From the NCBI RefSeq assembly GCF_030028105.1, contig NC_092371.1:97057064-97121063 (forward strand): a DNA stretch of 64,000 nucleotides, given 5' to 3'. A program made the translations under genes and the position numbers. This DNA comes from Mobula birostris. Its lineage: Eukaryota. Below, in pieces: positions 1 through 10,720 of the stretch (within the stretch, counting starts at the first letter, position 1; each line of letters opens with the position of its first letter). Below the pieces are notes generated by a model that ran no database searches, was not told the DNA's origin, and saw nothing but the letters and a program-made list of their open reading frames with translations.

Positions 1-153
1 CTGTGTATGTTTGAGAGTGGGAGAAAACCAGAGCACCTGGAGGAGCCCATAGAGTCAGGGAGAACATGCAAGCTTCATGCAGATGGCACCTGAGATTGGT
101 ACTGTACCCAGGTCACCAGAGCTGTGATCAGCAGCTCCGCCATTGTGCTGCCC
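1..153 (-). mobile_element. Old tRNA-derived V-SINE-like relic
   Basis: Reverse complement resembles the V-SINE 5' half (GGGCAGCAC... head, 'gtgctctggttttctccca' core-like segment); related to the better copy at 31306. Confidence 0.45.
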
Positions 154-289
154 AAGGAACTTCTAAGGAAACTGAGTAAATGAGCAAGATGCACAGTAAC
201 TGACATCAAATGAGTGTTCAATGATGTAATCTTTCTCTCTCTCCGTTGAACTCCATTGAAGAACATTTGGCTGAGTTCAATGACTTTGG

Positions 290-1730
290 AACTGGAATCG
301 GTTTACTAATGTACAGTACAAAGCTTGCCTTGCAGATCAATTCATTGCATGATGTATTCAGATGGTACAAGGTAAAACAATGCAGGATAGTGTGACACCT
401 GCAGTGAAATTATTAGTGCATGTATACAATAAGGTGCAAGGTCATAACAAGTTAGATGGTGAGGCCAAGTCCATCTTATTGAACTAGGGAACCATTCAAT
501 AGTCTTATAACAGTGGGATAGAAGTTGTCCAGAAACCTGGCTTATGTATCTTCTGCCCGATAGGAGAGCTCTAAGGTAGGTGGGGTTTTTGATTACGTTG
601 CCAGCTTTACTGAGGTAGCAAAAAGTATAGACAAAGTCCATGGAGGGAAGGTTGTTTTTTGTGATGTGCTGAGCTGTGTTGACAAGCACATGTCAAAATT
701 CTTTCCCCACTTAATGCCTTAAAGAGGTTGGTGAGCTTTATTTGCCATGGCATCTAGTTCATTGGACCAGTTCAGTCTATGGTGATGTTCACTCCCAGGA
801 ACTTCAAGCTTTCAACTCCCAGTGTCAGTAGCATTGATGTAGACAGGAGTATGTGGTTTCAGGTGCATTGGAGGCTCTTGAAGTAGGTGGTGAAATACCA
901 GTCCCTTTCTGTTTGAAAAGTAATAGAAAAATGTGTTTAGCTCATGAGTAAGGGATGTGCTGCTGCCAGTGATGCTCTCCAACTTTATTCCGTAGCCCAT
1001 TATAGCATGCCACAAATGATGAATGGTCTGGGATTAATTCTGGATTAGTATAATCTCTTAGCATCTCTGATAGCTCTGTGGAGGTTGTATCTCAATTTCT
1101 TGAGAAGGTCAGGGTCACCTGATTTGACTGCTGGAGTCCTACCCTTTAGTAGGGAGTGGATGTCCCTCATCAATCTCGATTTCTGGTTTGGGGACACCCA
1201 TGTTATGCTCTTATGCCACACAGTTCTCAACACACTTGCTGATAATGTTTGTGCAGGTGCAGATATACGCATTTGGGCTGACAGCTGAGTCTAAACATTA
1301 ACCAGTCTGCTGGCTTCATGTAGAAGTTCATCTCTTTCCTCAGATCACCAGTGTATGACTTTCTGTAATGGATTCACCTGTTTCTACTGCTGTTCGTACG
1401 CAGGGACTAGGAGAACAGCTTGGTGGTCAGATTTACCAAAGAGTGGATAAAGGAATGGGGTGGGGGTTGGAATGGAATGGTGGAGTGTGACTTGGTAGGC
1501 ATCTTTGATGGTGGTATGGCAACCATCAAGGGGTGTTTGGGATCCCGGTGGGACAGGAGAGGTCCTGGTAGCACTTCCTTAACACACTTTTGAAGTTGGC
1601 CTGGTTGAAATCATCTGCAATGATGAAGAGGGCCCCATGGTATTCTGCTTCTGTGCTGTTAACCACAGAGTATAGTTGAGCGTAGGCTTCACATTCATGT
1701 GTGGTAGGCAGCAATAGTGAAGGTGGGCAG
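290..1730 (-). mobile_element. Degenerate Rex1/Babar LINE fragments
   Basis: Minus-strand ORF pieces IIADDFNQANFKSVL (APE endonuclease), PNQK...AVKSGD...RYNLHRAIRDAKR and HTPVYINA are Rex1-type ORF motifs; many stops. Confidence 0.7.
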
Positions 1731-1783
1731 GTTAGCTGAAGTGAACTCCAATGTGAGTAGACCTGAGGAGAGCTAAGGTACCG

Positions 1784-2465
1784 GTGACCCCTGTTTCCAT
1801 CCAGGGGGTCAGGGTGGACATGGTGGAAGATTACAAATACCTGGGGATACGAATTGACAATAAACTGGACTGGTCAAAGAACACTGAGGCCGTCTACAAG
1901 GAGGGTCAGAGCCGTCTCTATTTCCTGAGGAGACTTAGGTCCTTTAATATCTGCCGGACGATACTGAGGATGTTCTATGAGTCTGTGGTGGCCAGTGCTA
2001 TCATGTTTGCTGTTGTGTGCTGGGGCAGCAGGCTGAGGGTAGCAGACACCAGCAGAATCAACAAGCTCATTTGTAAGGCCAGTGATGTTGTGGGGATGGA
2101 ACTGGACTCTCTGACGGTGGTGTCTGAAGAGAGGATGCTGTCCAAGTTGCATGCCATCTTGGACAATGTCTCCCATCCACTACATAATGTACTGGTTGGG
2201 CACAGGAGTACATTCAGCCCGAGACTCATTCCACCAAGATACAACACAGAGTGTCATAGGAAGTCATTCCTGCCTGTGGCCGTCAAACTTTACAACTCCT
2301 CCCTTGGAGGGTCAGACACCCTGAGCCAATAGGCCGGTCCTGGATTTATTTCCTGGCATAATTTACATATTACTATTTAACTATTTATGGTGTTATTACT
2401 ATTTATTATTTGTGGTGCAACTGTAATGAAAACCAATTTCCCCTGGGATCAATAAAGTATGACTA
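1784..2465 (+). mobile_element. 5'-truncated Rex1/Babar LINE (RT C-terminus plus 3' UTR)
   Basis: ORF 1784-2332 YKYLGIRIDNKLDW...RLYFLRRLRSF...FYESVVASAIMFAVVCWG...SFLPVAVKLYN; AT-rich 3' UTR ending AATAAAGTATGACTATG. Confidence 0.85.
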
Positions 2466-4052
2466 TGTAAGGGTTGGATATTCCAATCTGGGTGAGCAGA
2501 AGTTCTGCAGAACCGTCATGTCCAAGCACCATGAGGTGCTGATTAAGAAGGCACCCCCCCCCCCCACCTCTAACTTTGCCTCAGAACACCAAATGAATTG
2601 TGAAGGGCTTGGTTTGTACCACACAGTTAAGTGTGCCACGTTTCCGTGAAACAGAGCATACAGCAGTTGCTCAAGTCTCTCTTGGTAGGTCAGCTTTGTC
2701 CTTTGTTCACCAAGTTTGTTCAAGGCTAGAAAGGGGGTCTTGAACCCACGCTGTTTTGGTTTTTACCTGCAGGCCAGCCCTCTTACCACACTTCCGAGGT
2801 AAGAGGCTGCATGTGGTAGGTCCTGGAAAACCTGAAGTGGAATCGCATGGACTGGAATGCTAATGATCGCTTAAGGACAGACTTGGAAGACCTGGAGTGG
2901 ATTCCTTTGGAATGGATGGCAAATTGTTGTTCCCATATTGGTCTTAGGGGTCTGCTGAATGATGAGCAGGTTTCCCTGGCAGGTGAGTGGGGATTTAGGG
3001 GAGTCTTGGACCAGGGTGTTCCCTAGAGTAAGGCTTCAGATTGGAGAGGCATCGGCATCAAACCTCAGTGTCAGGTGTTCCCACAGCCCCGGCCAGGCCC
3101 GCATTGGGTCAGGCCTTATGCCCCAGCTCTTCTCCACCATTTAAAAAAAAATTATTTACTAAGTGCAATCGTGAACAATAGCCAGATCAGAAATGCTGTT
3201 CAAGTCAACTAGTTCCCAAGTAGAACTCTGATAGGCCAATCAGATGGTTCACTGCTGCTCAGTGATAGAACACAAAGAAATCATATGTACAATTAAGAAA
3301 CATTAAAAAATAGTAGAAATACTGGAGTCATGATGACCATGATGAGGACCATAGCCGGTCCTTGCTTTGGGTGGCAGTACTATCAGTAATACCTGCATGT
3401 TTCAGAGAACATAAGAATTAAATTGATTTGATGCAAGATCTGTGAAAACATTAAATTAATGGAAAGCAAATATAAACGGAGCCAGAAATAATGGTCGAAC
3501 TTTAAGTACGGCGCACAGGTAGACACAATGACACAGTGGTGTGATGACGTATTCCATTCACATCCTTCGTACATATAACCATAATTAATTATTTAAACAA
3601 CAAAGGGTGCTTAATCAAACAATGTATTTACCATATTATTCAAATATTACTGTTATATTAAATACACAACACTCCCTGCATAGCTATAATCACCAACTCA
3701 ATATAGTAATCACAAAATAATCTGCAGATGCTGGGGTCATATAGCATGTTTCTCAACTTACATACACATGGTATACAGTATATACAGTATGCTACATAAT
3801 ACAGCTGCTATATAGACATACACAGCATAGTAAATTTTAAATTGTCCCATTCAGGCTTAAAGATTTAATTGCTGTAGAGGATTTTTTACTCTTGTGGGAT
3901 GATGTTTTTCCTGACAAGGTGTTCACTCTGCTTGGCAGGCGAGATTTGTGGCTATGAAAACACTCTTAGGTTCTGGAGCATTCTCTGTGGTGGTTGTAGG
4001 AGTTGACTCTTAAGACTGTAGGAAGTGGTCCTAACTGCTCTGGACACCTTTC

Positions 4053-4920
4053 TTCTCCTTTTCTCAGCTTTTCTCTCTGGATCTCATTTGATCCTTGCTT
4101 CCGTCCTGGGCCCAGTTTCTTTCTCTCTCTTTATCCTACTCTTGATTCCTTTATCGGTTGACCTCCCTTTCCCGACCCTTGGTTCTCTCATGATCCCTTT
4201 CACAGTCTCACTCATGGTCTTTCTTTCTATCTCGTCTCTCCTTTTCAACTTCTTGTCTTTCTTTGTCTTGCCTTTTCTTTTTCTAGTTTCTTGTCAGTAT
4301 CTCTGTGTTTGCTAATTTCTCATGAAATTAGGCCCCATTTCCATAGCACTTATGTCATCCTTCTCTTTCTTTTCCCTTTTCTTCTTTCTAGGATGTCCAT
4401 CTTGATCTTGGGAAGGTGCATTTAGTTCATGGGAATATTCTCTTATTAATCTTTTTATTGCTCCCTTATGATCTGATCACTCCTCTCGGTTCCCTCATTC
4501 ACAACATCATGTGATGAATCCTTTGTTTTCAGATCTCCATTGACTCCCTTCTGTTTGGTCTTCCATTTGGTCTTTGGTCTTTGCATCTAATTTTATGAGC
4601 AGGTTTTTGTTTCTCACTTGAATTTCATGCAATAACCTTCATGCACACAGAGCAGATTCCGGTTGTTTTTACTTACAAAAGCTGGATGTTTGCAACTTTC
4701 CTAAAACTTCTTGAACTCTCTTCCAGCTTAAAACCAAGCCACATATCACAAGCAACTGCCTGATTAACATATCAGAAGCTTTCTCTAATATGTTGCCTAC
4801 ATAAACTGTTGTAGTCAGACCACTGCTTTCGTCATTTTTGCGATTCTGCTGAGCAGCCTGGCCCTTCCTTGGTCCAATATGCTTTCCAATCAGAAGCACA
4901 GATGTTGGCACTGACACCTG
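4053..4920 (-). pseudogene. RBM25: Processed (intronless) RBM25 fragment inside the LTR element
   Basis: Translates with stops and frameshifts as VSVPTSVLLIGKHIGPRK...NDESSGLTTTVYVGNILEKASDMLIRQLLVICGLVLSWKRVQ...GKLQ..FCK*KQPESALCA*RLLHEIQVRNKNLLIKLDAKTK...GAIKRLIREYSHELNAPSQDQDGHPRKKKREKKEKDDISAMEM...ISKHRDTDKKLEKEK..KERQEVEKERRDR. This is colinear with the RBM25 RRM and the start of its RE/RD-rich region as recalled. Confidence 0.9.
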
Positions 4921-4951
4921 TTTGCCCTCTGTTGGGCATGGAGACTGTTTT

Positions 4952-6150
4952 GGCATCATCCAGAACCTTTCTTAATTCACTTTCAGTTGACTATATTTCA
5001 GGGGATGTGGCATGCAAATGGTAGATGGAACTCCAATCAAGTTGTAGTTGACGGCACCAAGATGCTGGCCCTCCTGTATTAATTACTTAAAATGTGGCTT
5101 GCTGGTTGTTTTATCTCACCATTACAAATGTCATTTCCACAGGAATTATCTTTTCTCAAGTATAAGTTCTGAGTTGGATATCTGTAGGCTTCAGTTCTGT
5201 ATCTTTGAAATGCCGTTCAAATTAATTTTGTAGAATAACTGTAACAGCTGAGCCAGTGTCCAATTCCATTTAAATTAATTTGCTGCTCACTTCCGGTGTA
5301 AGTCATTTTGCTTGTCTATTGTTATTTTTCATACTGTAAATTGATAGACGACTCAGTCCTGTGTCACTCCCATCATTATCAGATTTTTCATCAACAGCAT
5401 GCAAATTAGTCTCTTTTTGAAGCTGCAACTTCACTTTTTAGCTTTTTCCCTTCCATGTGCATCCCATTTATTTTTGTCTGCCCAGCATGCTCTTTGCATG
5501 TGACCTACTTTGTTGCATTTTCTGCAAGTTTTACCTTTAAATCTGCATTGGTCTGGTGTACGTGAGCCCCTGCCACATCAGAACACAGTTGATTCAGCCA
5601 GGCAGGCTTCCATCTAGATGTTGCAATTTTATCCATGTTCACTTTCATTACTGACTGGAACTCTATTGCATCTTTGTCTGCTATTTCCATTGATACAGCA
5701 ATTTCAACTGCTCTTTTAAGTGTAAGTTGTGCTTCAGTTAGGAGCTGTTTTTGAATGCTTTCTCATAAGATTCCATGAATTAAACAATCGCTTACTGCAT
5801 CATTAAGCCCATCACTGAACTGACCATGCTCACAACTTTTTCAATTTAGCCACGTACGCTGAAATGGACTCCCTTTCCTTTAGATTTCACTTATGAAACC
5901 TAAAGTGTTCTGCAATCAACAATGGCTTTGGTGCTAAATGTTCCTGTATTACTTTCAATATATCAGCAAAGTTCATTTTGGCTGGTTTAGTTGGAGCAGG
6001 CAAACTTCTATACAAATCATATGCCTTTAAATCCGATACACTCAGCCAAATTGGCACTCACTTCTCATTGGCTGTTTCATTTTCTCAAAAATATTGCTCA
6101 ATATGCTTAGTAGGCGAAATCCAGTTACCTCATATGCAATTGTGTGAGTC
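4952..6150 (-). pseudogene. Gypsy gag-protease relic
   Basis: Minus-strand reading gives QEHLAPKPL, LTLKRAVEIAVSMEIADKDAIE, zinc knuckle CRKCNKVGHMQRAC, protease MELDTGSAVTVI and LQLDWSSI...ELRKVLDDA; multiple stops. Confidence 0.85.
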
Positions 6151-6495
6151 TAACTTTGTGATCTAACCAGCCTTTTCTGTGTTTTGTTAACATTTATGAT
6201 TATTATCATGCAGTATTCATAGCTTATGATGCTATGAATACACTCATTTTCTGGTTTTCTCTTGCAAAGAAAGTGTGCTGCACTTTTAAAGACTTGAACA
6301 TATCGCAGTGCTTCAACACACAGGTAGTTGTCTTTGGTTAGTTTAAAATGTCACAACTGTTATGTTTTGTAACTCCAAAACATAAATTTAATTGAAAGCA
6401 GAAACAAGGAGCTGGGAATACGGTCTAACTTTGTTATAACTTTAAGCATAAATGAGCTAGTGTGGTGACGTATGCTATTCACATACTTTGTACAT

Positions 6496-7140
6496 TAGAT
6501 TAGATTAGATTAGATTAGATTATGAGGAGACGCAGTCCTCTTTTATTGTCATTTAGTAATGCATGCATTAAGAAATGATATAGTATTCCTCCGGTGTGAT
6601 ATCACAGAAACACAGGACAGACCAAGACTGAAAAACTAACAAAAACCACATAATTATGACATATAGTTACAACAGTGCAACAATACCATAACTTGATGAA
6701 GAACAGGCCATGGGCACAGTAAAAAAGTTCAAAGTCTCTCGAATGTCCCACATCTCATGCAGACGGGAGAAGGAAGAAAACTCTCCCTGCCATGCCTGAC
6801 CACAGTCCGACTCTGAGTCCTCTGAAAGCTTCGAGCCTCCGACCAGCCCTCCGACACCGAGTACCGAGCACCATCTCTGCCGAATGCTTCAACCTCAGCC
6901 TCGGTTGCCAGCAGCAGGCAAAGCCAGGGATTTTGGGGCCGACCCTCCGGAGATTCTCGATCTCACAGTAGCAGTGGCAGCGAACCGGGCATTTCAGAAG
7001 CTTCTCCAGATGTTCCTGTGCTTCTCACGTCTGTCTCCATCAAATCAGAATTGTGCATGGCATCCTACTTACAAATACGATATCATTTCACCGGAGAGGT
7101 GCGCGCGCTGCATCATGCCGCCATCTTCTCCTTCCGCCTT
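6496..7140 (-). mobile_element. Non-autonomous LINE-derived retroposon inserted in the 5' LTR
   Basis: Minus strand starts AAGGCGGAAGGAGAAGATGGCGGC and ends AATAAAAGAGGAC...CTCAT(AATCT)n; a possible short TSD 'cat' lies at 6493-6495 and 7141-7143; it splits the LTR sequence (gtacat|atgatc). Confidence 0.65.
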
Positions 7141-7759
7141 CATATGATCATAATCAATTATTTAAGCAACAAAGAATGCTTAATCAAACAAATATTACTG
7201 ATACATCAAATACACAACAATATGTAATTTGTAGGTCTACAAATATCAATACTAGATAAATTCTGCTTCTCATGTCTGGGTGCAACTTAGACTTAAACTT
7301 ATCCTGATTATTACAAAGCATAAAATACCAATGTCTTGTTTGTTTTGAATAGTTCTATTAAAGATATATGGCAAGTGTCCTCCATGCTATAGTTTATAGG
7401 ATGACACTTTCTTGTAATTGTGCAGTTATTTCCCCAGTAACCTTGCATCCTTTGCTTTTCTCCAATCTATCTTGCCCTCTCATAAGAATATCAAGAGATT
7501 CTCCCTCCGCCACTTTATGTGGATGAGAATTTCTAAGATTCCTAACTCTGAAAGAATAAAAATGACCCCATTTCTGCCCCAAATGATCAACCCTTTATCA
7601 GAATCAGTGATTACTGGTTCTAGATTTCCCACAAGGATACTTTCAAGATTCAAGATTTAAGATTGTTTAATGCCATTTCCAGTACACAAGTGTAAAGAGG
7701 AACAAGATATTTGTCATTCCAGATCTGATGCAGCACAAAAAAAAATCTCAGTAAGAGAA

Positions 7760-7870
7760 TGCAACACACACAAAATGCTGGAGGAACTCAGCAGGCCAGG
7801 CAGCATCCTCCAGCATTTTATGTGTACTGCTTGGCTTTCCAGCATCTGCAGATATTCTCTTGTTTGTGAT
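7760..7870. mobile_element. Short Penelope terminal-repeat fragment
   Basis: acacacaaaatgctggaggaactcagcaggccaggcagc followed by the inverted tccagcattttatgtgt...ttccagcatctgcaga; same repeat as at 22.9-23.4 kb. Confidence 0.7.
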
Positions 7871-8479
7871 AGTAAGGTAAATAACAGAAAATATAAAAAA
7901 AATAATATATAAGATAGCTTATATACATAGATTGATTGTATGTCCATAAAGTGACTGAAGTGCCTGTACATAAGGTGACTGACAGGAAATGGTGAAGTTT
8001 TGGGTTTGGGTGACTTCATTTCCACATCCACCATAACTCCCCAGGATCTTAGATGTTTCAATTGCCGCCATAACACTTTTGAACTCTAGCTGATATAAGC
8101 CTAGTCTGTTCACAATTTCCTCATAATATAACATTTCATTCTAGGTTTTAGTGCAAGTAAGCCTCTGTCCTGGTTCGAATGTTAGCACCCTTAACTGAGT
8201 AGACCAATACCATGCAGTGTACTCCAGTTAAGATATCACAAATGTCCTAAATAAATGACACACAGTCTTTCCAGGCAGCGGTTCATTTCTCATCACAAAT
8301 ACAAACAGTATATTTGCCAGCTTACCTAAGTATTTGTGCTAGCCTTTAGTGAATCATGTAAGAAGGGGAGGGGAGGAAGGGAGGGAGGGAACGTTGACTC
8401 AGACCATGAGAGGCCTGCGTCAGGCATTTTCATGCCTTACAAGGTGCAGATTGGAAGTCTGTGTGGGGTGCCACTCCTC

Positions 8480-8612
8480 GCACAGACTAGAGCAACGTGT
8501 GGTTAAGTGCCTTGCTCAAAGACACAAACACGCTGCCACAGCAGAGGCTCAAACTAACAACCTTCAGATCACTGGACGAACGTCTTAACCACTTGGCCAC
8601 GTGCCCAACACG
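8480..8612 (-). mobile_element. tRNA-derived SINE head
   Basis: Reverse complement GTGTTGGGCACGTGGCCAAGTGGTTAAG (A-box-like)...GTTTGAGCC (B-box-like)...GTGTCTTTGAGCAAGGCACTTAACC. Confidence 0.6.
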
Positions 8613-8844
8613 TGTAAGAAGGGAATTTTATATTTTGGGGTTTATAAGGGCAAAGGTGTGACCATTGTTGAAGATAGCTTTGGAACATTTGGTAACAGTC
8701 TAACCTGTAATTTCAAATCTTACCCCAGAGACCTGAGCATATAAAGACATTGAAACTATTCAGATGCATTCATATGAATATCATATGCAATAGAGTAAAA
8801 TTTTGTTACTCTTACATGCATGTACTCTTAAAGTGAAGATGACC

Positions 8845-9108
8845 ATCCACCATAGATGGTCCCTAGCCCTGCCATGAATGTAGGAGTATCGGGCATGTGG
8901 TTTGCAACCCTCTACCGTAAACACCCAGAGCTACAGAAATGCCAGCAGAAGCTCCAAAGACTGCATCCCTGGGAGAAGAAGGATCTTTGAAGCTGGGCTG
9001 CTCCTGGGATAACTTGAAAGACTGGGCCAGGTCAAAGGGCTCTGGCAAGCCACTGTTGGCAGCCTATGCCCCAGTAGGGGTGATGCACTTAACTAATTAC
9101 TAACTATT
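8845..9108 (+). mobile_element. Non-autonomous element with RTE-like 3' end
   Basis: Ends ...ggctctggcaagccactgttggcagcctatgccccagtaggggtgatgcactt(aact)n-like tail, typical of RTE-clade 3' termini. Confidence 0.45.
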
Positions 9109-9779
9109 TGGCTTAACAATCACTTGCTGCATCTGAATGTTTACCTTCAGTGATTTGTATATAAGTACAGTTAGGTACTTCCCACTTTTGCATTATTTAA
9201 AATTACTGTGCTCTTCTGTTTTGTGCCACAGGCTGTACAACCTCAGATTTATTGGAATGACGTTCCAACCACCGTACTCATTCACCTTGACCTTATCCTC
9301 ACCAAATCTTCTTGGATTCTCCTCCACAACCTTGCAACTCCATCCAGTTTTGTGTTAACATGAAACTCAGGTCTCCTCGGCTGAATTGTTGATATAGATA
9401 GTGAATTGATGGGACCTTAAGGTCCAGCTTCTGTGGATATCACCAGATATCACCAGATATCCTGCTTCGGGTTTGATTTGAAGAAGGAGTCTGAGTGGGA
9501 GTGCCGAGAAAGACATTTTTGAAATTTTCGTTATTTTTTGTTCTCCAACGGCGTTCTGAGAGGCGGGACTGCGCAGGCGTGTGACGTCGGGCTGTGCAGC
9601 GCGGCAGATTTAAAAGGAACAGAGCCTCATAGAGCGGGCAGCGGAGTTTGCGGGCTGCGGAGTGAGCCGGGAGCAGAGTGAAGACTTAAGGGCTTCGGCT
9701 CAACGGGCTTAGGCGGAAACAGGCGAGGCGAGGGAGGTTTGGCATTCATTTTCTGTTGTTATTTGAGGAGAGGGGCAGT

Positions 9780-10715
9780 ATGAGTGTGAGGGCAGTTTGC
9801 TGTTCTCGGTGTCGGATGTGGGAGGCCCTGGAGTCTACAAGCCTCCCAGACGTCTACATCTGCACCAAGTGCATCGAGATGCAGCTCCTAAGGGACCGCG
9901 TTACGGAACTGGAGCTGCAGCTCGATGACCTTCGTCTGGTCAGGGAGAGTGAGGAGGTGATAGAGAGGAGTTGCAGGCAGGTGGTCACGCCGGGGCCACG
10001 GGAGGCAGACAAGTGGGTCACGGTTAGGAGGGGGAAGGGGAAAGGTCAGGTAATAGGGAGTACCCCGGTGGCTGTGCCCCTTAACAAAAGGTACTCCTGT
10101 TTGAGTACTGTTGGGGGGGACAGCCTACCCGGGGGAAGCGACAGTGGCCGTGCCTCCGGCACAGAGTCTGGCCCTGTAGCTCAGAAGGGTAGGGCAAGGA
10201 AGAGGAGGGCAGTTGTGATAGGGGACTCGATAGTAAGGGGGTCAGATAGGCGATTCTGTGGACGCAGTCCAGAGACCCGGATGGTAGTTTGCCTCCCTGG
10301 TGCCAGGGTCCGGGATATTTCTGATCGTGTCCAAGATATCCTGAAGTGGGAGGGTGAGGAGCCAGAGGTCGTGGTACATATAGGTACCAATGACATAGGT
10401 AGGAAAAGGGATGAGGTCCTGAAAGGAGAATATAGGGAGCTAGGAAGGGAGTTGAGAAAAAGGACCGCAAAGGTAGTAATCTCGGGATTACTGCCTGTGC
10501 CATGCGACAGTGAGAGTAGGAATGCGATGAGGTGGAGGATAAATGCGTGGCTGAGGGATTGGAGCAGGGGGCAGGGATTCAAGTTTTTGGATCATTGGGA
10601 CCTCTTTTGGCACAGGCGTGACCTGTACAAAAAGGACGGGTTGCACTTGAATCCTAGGGGAACCAATATCCTGGCAGGGAGATTAGCGGGGGCTGCTGAG
10701 GTGACTTTAAACTAG
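9780..10715 (+). CDS. CR1 ORF1p: zinc finger, leucine zipper and SGNH esterase (open)
   Basis: First ATG at 9780; CSRC...CTKC, heptad LRDRVTELELQLDDLRL, esterase blocks VIGDSIVRG, HIGTNDI, KDGLHLN; no internal stop. Confidence 0.9.
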   Translation: MSVRAVCCSRCRMWEALESTSLPDVYICTKCIEMQLLRDRVTELELQLDDLRLVRESEEVIERSCRQVVTPGPREADKWVTVRRGKGKGQVIGSTPVAVPLNKRYSCLSTVGGDSLPGGSDSGRASGTESGPVAQKGRARKRRAVVIGDSIVRGSDRRFCGRSPETRMVVCLPGARVRDISDRVQDILKWEGEEPEVVVHIGTNDIGRKRDEVLKGEYRELGRELRKRTAKVVISGLLPVPCDSESRNAMRWRINAWLRDWSRGQGFKFLDHWDLFWHRRDLYKKDGLHLNPRGTNILAGRLAGAAEVTLN

Positions 10716-10720
10716 AATGG

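Larger units (their letters stand above)
3440..7219 (-). mobile_element. Gypsy LTR retrotransposon with pol replaced by an RBM25 cDNA fragment
   Basis: Two diverged LTR copies both begin TGTTGTG on the minus strand (5' LTR 7219-6358, 3' LTR 3671 to about 3440). A polypurine tract GCAGGGAG precedes the 3' LTR. Gag, zinc-knuckle and protease relics lie at about 6150-4952 and the integrase-tail/3' UTR at about 4052-3672. Confidence 0.8.

Noticed and set aside
4025-4315. Hydrophobic 96-aa plus-strand ORF resembling a membrane protein
   Set aside because: It is the antisense of the purine-rich RBM25 RE/RD region; the Leu/Phe/Ser richness is a compositional artefact.
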